A program made the translations under genes and the position numbers. 64,000 nucleotides of DNA, taken from IMG/VR virus record IMGVR_UViG_3300025736_000015. One strand, 5' to 3'. A model generated the notes under the pieces. The model was not told the DNA's origin, did no database searches, and saw only the letters and a program-made list of their open reading frames with translations. Source of the DNA: an uncultured virus (IMG/VR IMGVR_UViG_3300025736_000015) (taxonomy: Duplodnaviria > Heunggongvirae > Uroviricota > Caudoviricetes). This document shows positions 1-8,859 of the stretch, piece after piece (the first letter of the stretch is position 1; every line of letters begins with the position of its first letter).

Positions 1-121
1 CCATAACTTCTCTCGAAAACAGCCTAAGACCCCTTCATTTCGTGTGGAACTTACGAAAAAAGTGAGTATGGTTAAAATGCAATCTATATCTGTTTCTAAT
101 ATATTATACGTGTAATAGAGT

Positions 122-176
122 TCTAATAGTCGTATATTAGACAACTATTAGATGTATAATTCACTTCTAATAGACG
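122..176. repeat. Cluster of TCTAATAG repeats including an inverted pair
   Basis: TCTAATAGT 122-130 / ACTATTAGA 144-152 inverted; TTCTAATAGACG 165-176. Confidence 0.6.
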
Positions 177-366
177 TATAATACATATATGTTATACACT
201 AATCTATGGTCTTTTTGCAACTTCGAGTTGACATCTCTTTTTTTCCGCATCGTATCATTGTAGGTTTAGCTCATATTCTCCTCAGAACGGATTATTCGCC
301 GATTATTGGGTTAGTCCTTGCTCTAACTACCTAACAATGTTTCAAATAAAGTTGATGCATTGACCA

Positions 367-386
367 ATATTGTGTGGACACAATAT
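367..386. promoter_or_regulatory. Perfect palindrome ATATTGTGT-GG-ACACAATAT
   Basis: 9-bp perfect inverted arms in non-coding DNA. Confidence 0.5.
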
Positions 387-432
387 CAAAGACATAGAAA
401 CGTTATAATGTCAAATATTACATATAAAGATT

Positions 433-451
433 TCTATTAGAGTCTAATAGA
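433..451. promoter_or_regulatory. Perfect palindrome TCTATTAGA-G-TCTAATAGA just upstream of a TTTAAG TATA-like box; putative operator
   Basis: 9-bp perfect inverted arms, same core as the 122-176 repeats, about 45 nt before the ATG at 498. Confidence 0.55.
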
Positions 452-497
452 CGAAAGATTTAAGTATGCACTTGCATATTCATAGTGAGGTTTTTAT

Positions 498-659
498 ATG
501 GTAGGGAAGAAGAAAGATGCATATTCATCTATACGCTGTAGAAATAGTACCAAGAATAAATTAAAAGAGATTAAGATACATAAGCGTGAAACAGAAGAAG
601 ATGTAATAGTGAGGCTTTTAGAAGTATACAAACGTTATCAAGGTGCCATGGTAAAATAG
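498..659 (+). CDS. Small ribbon-helix-helix-like DNA-binding protein (53 aa; not in ORF track)
   Basis: Translated by hand: MVGKKKDAYSSIRCRNSTKNKLKEIKIHKRETEEDVIVRLLEVYKRYQGAMVK. The SIR..TK.KL..IK...ET.EDVI.RLL pattern is typical of archaeal RHH proteins. GAGG SD. Confidence 0.65.
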   Translation: MVGKKKDAYSSIRCRNSTKNKLKEIKIHKRETEEDVIVRLLEVYKRYQGAMVK

Positions 660-666
660 GTGGGGC

Positions 667-1050
667 ATGGCTAAAGAAAAGTCAAAGGGCAAGAATTATT
701 CTATTTATTTCAAGAAGCATCAGTCTGAGTTTATTGATGCGTATATTAGTGATGTTAGTAGTTATTTCCAAAGTAAGGTTGAACAGGATATGGTTGATTG
801 TGAAGAGTTCTTTAATAAGAATATTACCAGAATCAAACGGGAATTAAAGAAACAGAATGAATTACTATTAAAAGCTAGAGAGAATAAGAAATTAAAGGAG
901 AAGTCTTTTAAGAATCTTAGAGAGCAATATATTAATAGACAATCAGACAAGAGGGATAGTTTCCTTGATGGTGCTACAGGTAGGAAGTTGCTACAACAGT
1001 CTCAGCTTACCAAATTCCAATTTAAAGAAAAAATAATTGATATGATATGA
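667..1050 (+). CDS. Hypothetical coiled-coil protein, possibly with N-terminal RHH
   Basis: 127-aa ORF with GGTGG SD. Confidence 0.65.
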   Translation: MAKEKSKGKNYSIYFKKHQSEFIDAYISDVSSYFQSKVEQDMVDCEEFFNKNITRIKRELKKQNELLLKARENKKLKEKSFKNLREQYINRQSDKRDSFLDGATGRKLLQQSQLTKFQFKEKIIDMI

Positions 1051-1060
1051 GAGGTAAAAA

Positions 1061-1381
1061 ATGACACCTACTGAAGAAATGGCAGAAGCAATGTTAACTA
1101 AGTTGGGTTGGAAACCAAGGAAAAAGGGTTCAGGATATTTAGATTTTGAATGTGTTGATGATAAACATGTTGAAGTAAAACGAATAGCCATGGGTTATTG
1201 TGGTTTGAGAGCGTCTCAGCTTAGGATGATACAGGATGAAACGGCTTTTGGTCTTAGTAAAACGTTTCTTATGGTTTTTTCAGAAAAAGAAGAATATGTT
1301 GGTATGTTTGAAATAAAAGCAGTTGATTATCCGTTGTGTGGTATTTCAATTATGAATAAAAAAGAAGGTGATATTAATTAA
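1061..1381 (+). CDS. Putative PD-(D/E)xK nuclease-fold protein
   Basis: E..AEAML..LGW....GYLDF......VEVKR resembles the Holliday-junction resolvase/restriction-like motif; GAGGT SD. Confidence 0.5.
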   Translation: MTPTEEMAEAMLTKLGWKPRKKGSGYLDFECVDDKHVEVKRIAMGYCGLRASQLRMIQDETAFGLSKTFLMVFSEKEEYVGMFEIKAVDYPLCGISIMNKKEGDIN

Positions 1382-1550
1382 TAAGCAACAGTTGAGTTTG
1401 TTTTTAACAAAACGTTCAATAGATTTCATGCAGGGTGCTTTGGATGAATATGGTCAACATCATCCTGGTTCAAAGAAATATTGTTGGGGTTTGATACTTG
1501 AGATTAATAATCAGACGGGTGGTAATTATCCTAAGAATTATACGTGGTGA
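1368..1550 (+). CDS. Hypothetical protein
   Basis: ORF in operon context. Confidence 0.45.
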   Translation: MILINKQQLSLFLTKRSIDFMQGALDEYGQHHPGSKKYCWGLILEINNQTGGNYPKNYTW

Positions 1551-1554
1551 TTGA

Positions 1555-1659
1555 ATGAAGATACGGCATTTTTTGGTGCAAAATGAAGCAGGATTGGTTG
1601 TACAAACAACAGTTACACCATATGATTGTGTGAACTGTATTATAGAAGTAGGTGATTGA
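1555..1659 (+). CDS. Small hypothetical protein (34 aa)
   Basis: GGTGA SD; MKIRHFLVQNEAGLVVQTTVTPYDCVNCIIEVGD; ends in the junction motif. Confidence 0.45.
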   Translation: MKIRHFLVQNEAGLVVQTTVTPYDCVNCIIEVGD

Positions 1660-1662
1660 TAG

Positions 1663-2058
1663 ATGAGTTTTTTTAGAAAGGAAAAAAAGACAGATAGATA
1701 TATTTATAATGTAATAGCAACAAAGAAAACAAAGCAATATCTCCTAGCATTCAAACTTAAAAATGGTAGTAATTGGAAAACAACTCTCAAATCTAAGACC
1801 GCTGTTAAGTGTTTTCTTGAAGAGCTAAGAGATAAGGATATAAATATTCTTGAGTTTAAGGAGGATACTGAGCCATGCCAGTTTTTTCTTAACAAAGATG
1901 TGATATGTTCTGGGGACTATGCACCTAAGATGATAAGTATTAGTGAGTGGTTTGATGATGCGGTGGAGGCGTATAGTTTTCAGTTTATTTTGTTGGGAGA
2001 GGGATGGTCAGCGAAGCAATTTTATGGTAACCATGAACTTGAGGTGATTGATGGATGA
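1663..2058 (+). CDS. Hypothetical protein
   Basis: 131-aa ORF with GGTGA SD. Confidence 0.65.
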   Translation: MSFFRKEKKTDRYIYNVIATKKTKQYLLAFKLKNGSNWKTTLKSKTAVKCFLEELRDKDINILEFKEDTEPCQFFLNKDVICSGDYAPKMISISEWFDDAVEAYSFQFILLGEGWSAKQFYGNHELEVIDG

Positions 2059-2276
2059 AAAAGAAATATAAAATTAAAAGCAATTGCAGTCATTGTGGAT
2101 TTGACTTTGAATTTTGGAATACTGATAAAATGGAATACCAAGAGGTACAATCAGGATTACCAGATGCAGATGGAACTCAACCTGTTATCGGGAGAGAGGT
2201 AATTATAGAATGTCCCAACTGTGGTAGTAAAATAACTTGGGATTATCAATCGTTATATCTTATTCTAAAGTGGTGA
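2055..2276 (+). CDS. Zn-ribbon protein
   Basis: CSHC...CPNCG. Confidence 0.65.
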   Translation: MKKKYKIKSNCSHCGFDFEFWNTDKMEYQEVQSGLPDADGTQPVIGREVIIECPNCGSKITWDYQSLYLILKW

Positions 2277-2283
2277 TTGATGG

Positions 2284-2538
2284 ATGATGGCGAAAAAGGA
2301 TTTAATAAATAAACGTGTGCGTCATAATTGTGAGAACCCTGATTGTCCGTTAACAGGTAAAATAATTGGTGTTAAAAAAATGTTGGATGCAACTCGCCGT
2401 GGTTCAGTTCATATGTTGTGGGTGCTTGTGCAATGGGATGTATATAAAGACATCTCTGCAGGATATGCTCAATATGTTCCATTGAAAAGAGTAAAACTCA
2501 TTAGTGAGGATAAAAAAAAGAAGGTGATTGATGGATGA
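2284..2538 (+). CDS. Hypothetical protein (SH3-like pattern)
   Basis: RVRH...TGKIIG...VLVQWD; SD present. Confidence 0.6.
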   Translation: MMAKKDLINKRVRHNCENPDCPLTGKIIGVKKMLDATRRGSVHMLWVLVQWDVYKDISAGYAQYVPLKRVKLISEDKKKKVIDG

Positions 2539-2568
2539 AAAAATGCGATACTACAGGTAGATGATGAA

Positions 2569-2703
2569 ATGATGGATATGGTAAGTTATGGCGTTGGTGT
2601 ATTGGTTGGAGCAATACTTTGCATTGTTGTCGTATGGGTTTATTTTAATTTGAAGATACATAAAATTGAAAAAGAGATTAAAAAAATAGAAGGATGTGAT
2701 TGA
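2569..2703 (+). CDS. Small single-TM membrane protein (44 aa)
   Basis: MMDMVSYGVGVLVGAILCIVVVWVYFNLKIHKIEKEIKKIEGCD. Confidence 0.5.
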   Translation: MMDMVSYGVGVLVGAILCIVVVWVYFNLKIHKIEKEIKKIEGCD

Positions 2704-2961
2704 TTGAAAATATTTAGAACTATAATTGAGTTATTTAAAATCGGATGTAAAGAAAAAAAGCAACCAAAATACATTTTAGTAAATATTAATGCTGATAGAT
2801 TGCCCAATGTTATAGATGGATATTTAGACGCTTATGCTTATAGTTGTGAGCCATTTAAAACATTAGAAGAAGTAAAAAGGGATATTAGAGATAATGTAGC
2901 TAGAATGGAAAGAGATGATTATATATTATACCAAAAAGTTTCTAAAGAAAAGTACAGGTGA
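2704..2961 (+). CDS. Hypothetical protein
   Basis: TTG start after GTGA SD. Confidence 0.55.
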   Translation: MKIFRTIIELFKIGCKEKKQPKYILVNINADRLPNVIDGYLDAYAYSCEPFKTLEEVKRDIRDNVARMERDDYILYQKVSKEKYR

Positions 2962-2968
2962 TTGATGG

Positions 2969-3097
2969 ATGGAGATTACAAAGGTAACTTGTCCTAAATG
3001 CAATGAAGAATTCAAACTTAGATTTCATGATAAAAAAGCAACATGCTTGACTTGTGGAACTGAATTTGATGTAGGTGTTCCTGCAATATGGTATTGA
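2969..3097 (+). CDS. Small Zn-ribbon protein (42 aa)
   Basis: MEITKVTCPKCNEEFKLRFHDKKATCLTCGTEFDVGVPAIWY. Confidence 0.6.
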   Translation: MEITKVTCPKCNEEFKLRFHDKKATCLTCGTEFDVGVPAIWY

Positions 3098-3116
3098 TGG
3101 TTGAGGTGATTGATGG

Positions 3117-3272
3117 ATGAAGATTAAAGATAAACAAGAATTATTTATTTGGGAATGTGAACGCTGTGGCCGGAAAGAGCCATACAGGTTCTATGAACAT
3201 GCAACATCAAAAATAGCAAATGATTTATGCAGTGGAAAAGTTAGACGAGTTAAATGGAAAAATGCATGGTGA
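3117..3272 (+). CDS. Small Zn-finger-like protein (51 aa)
   Basis: WECERCG...H...C; starts at the junction motif. Confidence 0.55.
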   Translation: MKIKDKQELFIWECERCGRKEPYRFYEHATSKIANDLCSGKVRRVKWKNAW

Positions 3273-3279
3273 ATAAAAG

Positions 3280-3471
3280 ATGAAAAAAATTAAAGAAGAA
3301 TGCATGTTTAAAACATATGGGTCATGCTGTAAACTGCAGACAAGCAAGGTTGTTACTGACAATCATAGAATAGGATATAATAACACGTTTGATATAATTT
3401 ATGATATGTGTATGGGTGAATCAGTGTGTCCTATTTATCACATTATTAAAACAATGAGAGAAAAAAAATGA
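3280..3471 (+). CDS. Small Cys-containing hypothetical protein
   Basis: GGTGA SD; C-x6-CC ... C-x5-CPIY. Confidence 0.55.
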   Translation: MKKIKEECMFKTYGSCCKLQTSKVVTDNHRIGYNNTFDIIYDMCMGESVCPIYHIIKTMREKK

Positions 3472-3568
3472 AGAAAGAGATTAAAGAATTACATGATATA
3501 TGGTTTGCGAAATGTGAACAAAAAAGATGCCCAATAATAGACTATCTATTAGAAAAGGAGAGGAAGAA

Positions 3569-3910
3569 ATGAAAAAAATAATAATAATATTAGGAATATT
3601 GATGCTGATAGCAATACTCTTCACAGGTTGCATGTGTGAAGAAGAAAAACCAGACTGTGTAGTAACAAGAACAAATGGATATTGGAGCGACCAGTATGAT
3701 GCATACTTTGTTCAAGTGTGGGTTCATAACTCAGGTGGACAAGGCAATGTCCATATAGGTGTGGAGATAACTCAGGACGGTCAGGCATATAATCATTTCT
3801 GGTTGAATACCGTATGTGATGGTTGTGATGATATGGAAACAATTCGTTGTGGTGATATAAAAAAAGATGGTGGCACAATACAGTATCAAGGGTGGGTTAG
3901 AAATACGTGA
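3569..3910 (+). CDS. Putative lipoprotein with beta-sandwich domain
   Basis: MKKIIIILGILMLIAILFTGC lipobox-like signal; start moved to ATG 3569 after the GGAG SD. Confidence 0.65.
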   Translation: MKKIIIILGILMLIAILFTGCMCEEEKPDCVVTRTNGYWSDQYDAYFVQVWVHNSGGQGNVHIGVEITQDGQAYNHFWLNTVCDGCDDMETIRCGDIKKDGGTIQYQGWVRNT

Positions 3911-4419
3911 ACAATAAAGATAAAGAAGTAATAGATGAAATAGTAGCTAGGCGAACATTAAATGTAATTATGTTTCTAGCGTTGTTTGTTAGAGTCATGA
4001 CATTTGGTTCTGCTAGGGTTGAACTATTTGAATTTTTATAAGGGGAAAAGGATACATGGTAAAAGTTAAATGGTGTGGACTGAGCATGCATCAGAAGCAT
4101 CTGATGGATTTTGAGGATGATGATGAAGAAGATAAAGGCACAGCCACTAAGAAGGATAGAAGGCCTTCTACGGGCGATTGATAGAGGAAAGACTAAGGAA
4201 TACTGGGATACTCAGGATAAGAAAAAAATAAGTAAAAATGGTAGTAGATATAAAAAGGAGGGTAAGAAAAAAAAATGACAAAGAAACAATGTGATGAAGC
4301 TTGCCAGCTTTTCCGCTTTGGTAAATGCATGACAGATGACATACATGGTTTTTGTGACCAACCAAAAAGATATGACAATGCTTTTAACGAATGAGATTAT
4401 TTAACAAGGATGAAAAATA

Positions 4420-4791
4420 ATGGCACGATATAAAAATCAGAAAGGATACTGGGAGGCTAAAGTTCCAGAACATCCATATGCAAACAATAAAGGCTATGTG
4501 AGAGAACATAGATTAATAGCTGAAGAGCACCTGCGAAAAACAAATCCTAATCATCCATGTCTAATAGAAATAGATGGTGAGAAATATATAAGGCGTGAAT
4601 GGGATATACATCATGTAGGTTTTGATAAGACAACGAAAGACCCAGAAAAACTTCCACCAATAGAACATGATAAACATGCACGTCATCATATTGTTTTACG
4701 AGAAGAAGTAAAAAAAGAAACAGTGGAAGAGAGAAAACAGATACTTAAAGACCTTGTTAATGAAACAATTGAAAAAGAAAGTTTCGAATAA
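4420..4791 (+). CDS. HNH endonuclease-like protein (possibly degenerate)
   Basis: GY...PEHPYA..GYVREHRLIAE...IHH...K.....L....H..H, typical of phage HNH_3. The Asn positions are substituted. Confidence 0.7.
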   Translation: MARYKNQKGYWEAKVPEHPYANNKGYVREHRLIAEEHLRKTNPNHPCLIEIDGEKYIRREWDIHHVGFDKTTKDPEKLPPIEHDKHARHHIVLREEVKKETVEERKQILKDLVNETIEKESFE

Positions 4792-4929
4792 TTTTTTTTC
4801 ATCCCCCAAAAGTTATAGGAGTAATTCAGCATTTTTTTTGAACTACGAAAGACTTCTTTGGATGGTTTTTCTTTCGAGGTTTACAGTAAATCGAAATCTT
4901 ATTATAAACATTAGCCATTACCCAGTTGT

Positions 4930-5154
4930 ATGGTTGTTTGGTTTGTGTTAATAAATACGAGTCCCACTGATGAGCACCTGGTTTATAATCAGCTATGTAG
5001 AATGAATGAGATAGAATATGTCTATCCCTTGTTTGGTGAATGGGATTTAATAATAAAGCTTGTAGCGGAATCAGATAATATTTTAGAAAACATTATGATT
5101 GAAAAAATAAAAACAATCAAAGGAATTTTGTCTGTTAAAACATTAATAGGATGA
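4930..5154 (+). CDS. Stand-alone Lrp/AsnC ligand-binding (RAM) domain protein
   Basis: FVLINTSP..EH.VYN.L....I....PLFGEWDLIIKL...I..IKGI..V.TL. Confidence 0.85.
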   Translation: MVVWFVLINTSPTDEHLVYNQLCRMNEIEYVYPLFGEWDLIIKLVAESDNILENIMIEKIKTIKGILSVKTLIG

Positions 5155-5156
5155 GG

Positions 5157-5462
5157 TTATTGAACGGCAGGGTCTATTGGTTTATTTTTTTTGTTGCCAT
5201 GTTTTTGTATATCTTTATAGACATGGTTTGGTATGATGATTCCTAGTTCACTCCAAATTCCTATTTTTAGTCCTATAGAATACCACATAAAATTTACTTC
5301 ATTTTCGTTCTTAGTAAGTTGTAATGCTTTTTTTACAAAGTCATTAATGTTTTGGTGTTTTGCTTGAAGTCTTGTTATCCCACCAATAAGCCTATCTGCA
5401 TCATCCTGTGGTATATGCATAATTTTTAGTATTTCAAGTGGTTTGTTTTTTTTGGAAAACAT
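5157..5462 (-). CDS. Hypothetical protein
   Basis: 101-aa ORF with no competing + strand gene. Confidence 0.6.
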   Translation of the reverse strand: MFSKKNKPLEILKIMHIPQDDADRLIGGITRLQAKHQNINDFVKKALQLTKNENEVNFMWYSIGLKIGIWSELGIIIPNHVYKDIQKHGNKKNKPIDPAVQ

Positions 5463-5463
5463 C

Positions 5464-5649
5464 TTATGGCAACCATCCTAGTTTAATTGATATAAACAAA
5501 AATACCGTTACTCCTAATATCCTTACCCAAACCATTTTATCCATCCTCTTAGTGTTGGGTTCCATTATCTCAATCAGACCGTGGTATAGATAGTTTGCTA
5601 TATAAGTTTTTTGATTTTTACCAAATAATAGATAGGACTGGGAGGACAT
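5464..5649 (-). CDS. Small protein with C-terminal TM helix
   Basis: VWVRILGVTVFLFISIKLGWLP; true start may be internal (MEPN...). Confidence 0.5.
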   Translation of the reverse strand: MSSQSYLLFGKNQKTYIANYLYHGLIEIMEPNTKRMDKMVWVRILGVTVFLFISIKLGWLP

Positions 5650-5731
5650 TGTTGGTTATGTAAATCAATAGTTTTTTGTTTTTCATAATTACCAAAAAAA
5701 CTATATACATCAGAATATATATACTTTTACT

Positions 5732-5823
5732 AGGCGGAGAAAGAGAGATGCTATTTCGATTTACAAGCTGAAGGGCTTTTTCTTTTTTATTTACTCATAG
5801 CAAAACATCCTTCTCCACCGCCT
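5732..5823 (+). ncRNA. Candidate structured small RNA / long imperfect hairpin
   Basis: AGGCGG-AGAA...TGCTAT pairs with ATAGCA...TTCT-(CA)-CCGCCT. TATA-like CTATATAC about 30 nt upstream; pyrimidine tract downstream. Confidence 0.3.
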
Positions 5824-5879
5824 CCCCCTTTTATAATATTTTGTCTATCTTTGCAAATATATTTATATAACATGCCTAT

Positions 5880-5892
5880 TGTCATTATGTCA
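5880..5892 (+). promoter_or_regulatory. TGWCA-N3-TGWCA box, downstream of TTTATATA
   Basis: TGTCA-TTA-TGTCA; one of 11 exact copies. Confidence 0.75.
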
Positions 5893-5915
5893 TTAATTAA
5901 GAGGAGATAAAAAAC

Positions 5916-8282
5916 ATGGAACCTAAACATCCTTTAACGAAAGAAGAAATAATTAATATACAGACTTTAAAAGATGGAGGTTATAACATACCACAGATAC
6001 AACAATCAACTGGTTATTCTACATCTACTATTGATAAATATATAAAACAACCAAGAATTCAACCTATTGATACCGCTGAGCCTGTTAATACCGTTGAAAA
6101 TATTCCACAAGAGGAAAGCCCATTGATTCCATTAGTTGAGGATACAACTCCTATGCAACCTGTTCCAGTTCAAACACAGACACAACAACCGATACAACAA
6201 CAATATACTCGTCAGCCAGAATATGCTAGACCAGTTGAACAACCAGCGACACGTGTTCATCTTCAGGAAACCCCGATACCACAGCCTGCTGTTGTGTTGC
6301 CTACTAGTGGAATAGTTGAACCACATGAATGGCTAAAAACATTTCTTGAGCAGTATGCACCACCATTGAAAACGGGTTTTATTAAGCTTATAAGTGATAG
6401 AGCCAAAATGAGAAAAGACCTTCCTACAGGTGCACAGTTAACAGATGATATTCAAGCAATGGAATCAGGCGTTAACAAACTTCATCATGCAGCATATATC
6501 GCAGAGATTTATGAACATGAACTGCGAAATTATATAGGCAGAAGAGAGAGGGAAGAAAATTATTATAAACAACCATATCGTGGTATTGGGCCAAAAGACA
6601 GAGGTGGTTATACGCCTAGGTATGATAGTGTATCAGCAAACCCATATGATAGGCCAGCTAGAACTAGAGAGCCATATGGACACCCATATGATGGCATAAG
6701 GCAACCAGACCCATATTATTATCAGCCTCCACCAAGACAAGATGAGCATATGGGACGTCTTGAACATAAAATAGAGATGATGGAAGATGAGCGAAGACGT
6801 AAACAAGAAGAAGAAATGCTTGCTTTAAAGATGCAGATACAATCAGGTGGTCAACAAGACCCCACTATGGCACGTCTTGAACAAAAAATTGAAATGCTTG
6901 AAGCAGACCGTTTGCATAAACAAGAAGAAGAAATGAGAGCGATAAAAATGCAGTTACAGCAAGGGACAGGTCTTCGTGAGCAAGATGTGATGAGAATTAT
7001 TGAAACTAATACACCTAAATTAAAACCTGATGATGTAAGAAGGATTATAGGTGAAACAATTGGGAACAAGCAATCGCTTTCTGAAATTGATTTGAAATAT
7101 AAAGAATTACAGGATAAACACAAATTGGAAGTTATGAAACTTGATGAAAAGGGAAAAACACGTGATACAATTGCGGATGCTGTTAAAGGAGGCTTTTCGC
7201 AAGTCGGTGCAGCTATTGCTAGAACCGCTGCAGAAGTTGGCACAGAAGATAAACGACAGATGGAAGGAACAACAGATGGAAAAAACATGTGGCAAGCCGA
7301 ATGCCCATATTGTAGCGAATTAATTACTGCTCCTCTTTCAGCAAAAATAATTCAATGTCCAGGATGTAATCGTAGACTTGAAGTATCCCAGGAAACAGCA
7401 GAAAAACCTGCTCAGACGTTTATGCCACCAGTTATAGAAAATAAACCACAGGAACAACCATACAACCTCAAACCAAAAGAGGAAACCGAAATTGAGCCAG
7501 AAATAGCTTGGCCTGAACAGAGACAATTTCCAGTGGCACCATTAGAATCACAGGCACAACCACAATCAGTTGAACAACCAAAACAAATAATTGCTGACAT
7601 AGGATATAATGCACAATGTCCCTCTTGCGGAACAAGTATGAAAATACCACTTGGTGCTAAACGAGTCGCATGTCCAAGATGTGGTAAACAACTTGAAGTA
7701 GGAGAACCTATTGAAGAGGATAAACACATGATGCCAGTTGAAAAAGAAATATCGTTGCCTATGGATTCAAACCCGATACCGATACCGATACTAGATGAAA
7801 AAAAGGTTAACGGTGATATGAATGATACAGTGCCTGAGATATATAGTGGTGTTGAAGGCGGAGAAAAAATCGAATATAAAGAAGTAGCTATTGACGAATT
7901 GAAAAAGATGGAGGAACAAGTAGAGCCAGAGCCAAAACAGGATGCAAAAGAACAGATAATAGAAACACAAGCAGAGTTGATTGCAGAGACAGAAGCAGAA
8001 CTAAAAGCCGAAGCTGAATTAAACCTACCACCTGCTGAGGCTGAAAAAGCATTTTATGAGACAGCAAAGGAACATGCAATTACAGAAGGAACAGGAACAG
8101 GGCCAGAGATAAAAGTTGAAGCAGATGACATCCTAGATGTAGAACAAAAAGAGGAACCAAAATTTGTATGCGAGTTTTGTGGGCGAGATGATTTCAAAAC
8201 CAAGCAATCTCTCAACGGACATCGTCTGCATCATCTAAAAGCAAAAAAGCAGAAAGAGAAGAAGAAAGGGAAGAAAACATAG
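5916..8282 (+). CDS. Large multidomain protein: N-terminal HTH, P/Q-rich linker, duplicated coiled coil, two Zn ribbons, acidic region, C-terminal C2H2 finger
   Basis: GYNIPQIQQSTGYSTSTIDKY; CPYC..CPGC; CPSC..CPRC; FVCEFCG.....SLNGHRLHH. Confidence 0.8.
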   Translation: MEPKHPLTKEEIINIQTLKDGGYNIPQIQQSTGYSTSTIDKYIKQPRIQPIDTAEPVNTVENIPQEESPLIPLVEDTTPMQPVPVQTQTQQPIQQQYTRQPEYARPVEQPATRVHLQETPIPQPAVVLPTSGIVEPHEWLKTFLEQYAPPLKTGFIKLISDRAKMRKDLPTGAQLTDDIQAMESGVNKLHHAAYIAEIYEHELRNYIGRREREENYYKQPYRGIGPKDRGGYTPRYDSVSANPYDRPARTREPYGHPYDGIRQPDPYYYQPPPRQDEHMGRLEHKIEMMEDERRRKQEEEMLALKMQIQSGGQQDPTMARLEQKIEMLEADRLHKQEEEMRAIKMQLQQGTGLREQDVMRIIETNTPKLKPDDVRRIIGETIGNKQSLSEIDLKYKELQDKHKLEVMKLDEKGKTRDTIADAVKGGFSQVGAAIARTAAEVGTEDKRQMEGTTDGKNMWQAECPYCSELITAPLSAKIIQCPGCNRRLEVSQETAEKPAQTFMPPVIENKPQEQPYNLKPKEETEIEPEIAWPEQRQFPVAPLESQAQPQSVEQPKQIIADIGYNAQCPSCGTSMKIPLGAKRVACPRCGKQLEVGEPIEEDKHMMPVEKEISLPMDSNPIPIPILDEKKVNGDMNDTVPEIYSGVEGGEKIEYKEVAIDELKKMEEQVEPEPKQDAKEQIIETQAELIAETEAELKAEAELNLPPAEAEKAFYETAKEHAITEGTGTGPEIKVEADDILDVEQKEEPKFVCEFCGRDDFKTKQSLNGHRLHHLKAKKQKEKKKGKKT

Positions 8283-8283
8283 A

Positions 8284-8676
8284 ATGGTTGATTTAAGCAA
8301 AATTAAATCATTTGCAAAAAACCTTGGAATTGGTATTGCTACTGAAGTAGTTCGAGGATGGTTTAATGAACAGCTTAAAGGTGTTACACCAAGTGACCTT
8401 TATGATGCAGTTATTACTGATACAGACCTTTGGTCTATGACACCTGGTGACATTAAAAACGCTGGTATGAAATATAAAAAAACATATGGTAATTTGTTCA
8501 AACAATATCAAGATGAGATTAATACAGAGATGTTGTTAACTTGGTTGAAAGATGACCATCCAGCGTTATTCAGCACTATAATTAATATCCCACCAGAGTA
8601 TGGTCCAAATGCGGGCCTTGTTTGGTTTGATAAACAAGTATATAAGATTAAGAGAGAAATTATTAATATGATGTAG
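8284..8676 (+). CDS. Hypothetical protein
   Basis: 130-aa ORF coupled to the upstream gene. Confidence 0.7.
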   Translation: MVDLSKIKSFAKNLGIGIATEVVRGWFNEQLKGVTPSDLYDAVITDTDLWSMTPGDIKNAGMKYKKTYGNLFKQYQDEINTEMLLTWLKDDHPALFSTIINIPPEYGPNAGLVWFDKQVYKIKREIINMM

Positions 8677-8685
8677 GTGGAAAAG

Positions 8686-8853
8686 ATGGCAGGTAGATAT
8701 TTGGTAACTGGTGTTCAACTTGCGATGTTGAGTATTGATTGCCGTAAGAAAGGAAAAGAAGCTATTAAAGAAATCATTGCAAATCAATTTGTTGGTAATA
8801 CAGACAATACAGATGTTGCAAAAGATGCAAAAAGAATGGAAGAATTATTTTGA
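8686..8853 (+). CDS. Small hypothetical protein (55 aa)
   Basis: AGGTGG SD; MAGRYLVTGVQLAML... Confidence 0.5.
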   Translation: MAGRYLVTGVQLAMLSIDCRKKGKEAIKEIIANQFVGNTDNTDVAKDAKRMEELF

Positions 8854-8859
8854 GGAGAA

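Larger units (their letters stand above)
1651..3119 (+). repeat. Repeated gene-junction motif GGTGATTGATGGATG
   Basis: Exact at 2043, 2272, 2523, 2957, 3105. Variants at 1651 (GGTGATTGATAGATG), ~2696, 1546, 49026 and 49403 (GGTGATTAATAGATG). Confidence 0.85.

Noticed and set aside
1651..3119. CRISPR array or integron attC sites
   Set aside because: The repeat is 15 nt, non-palindromic and irregularly spaced by whole ORFs. No cas or integrase gene is visible.
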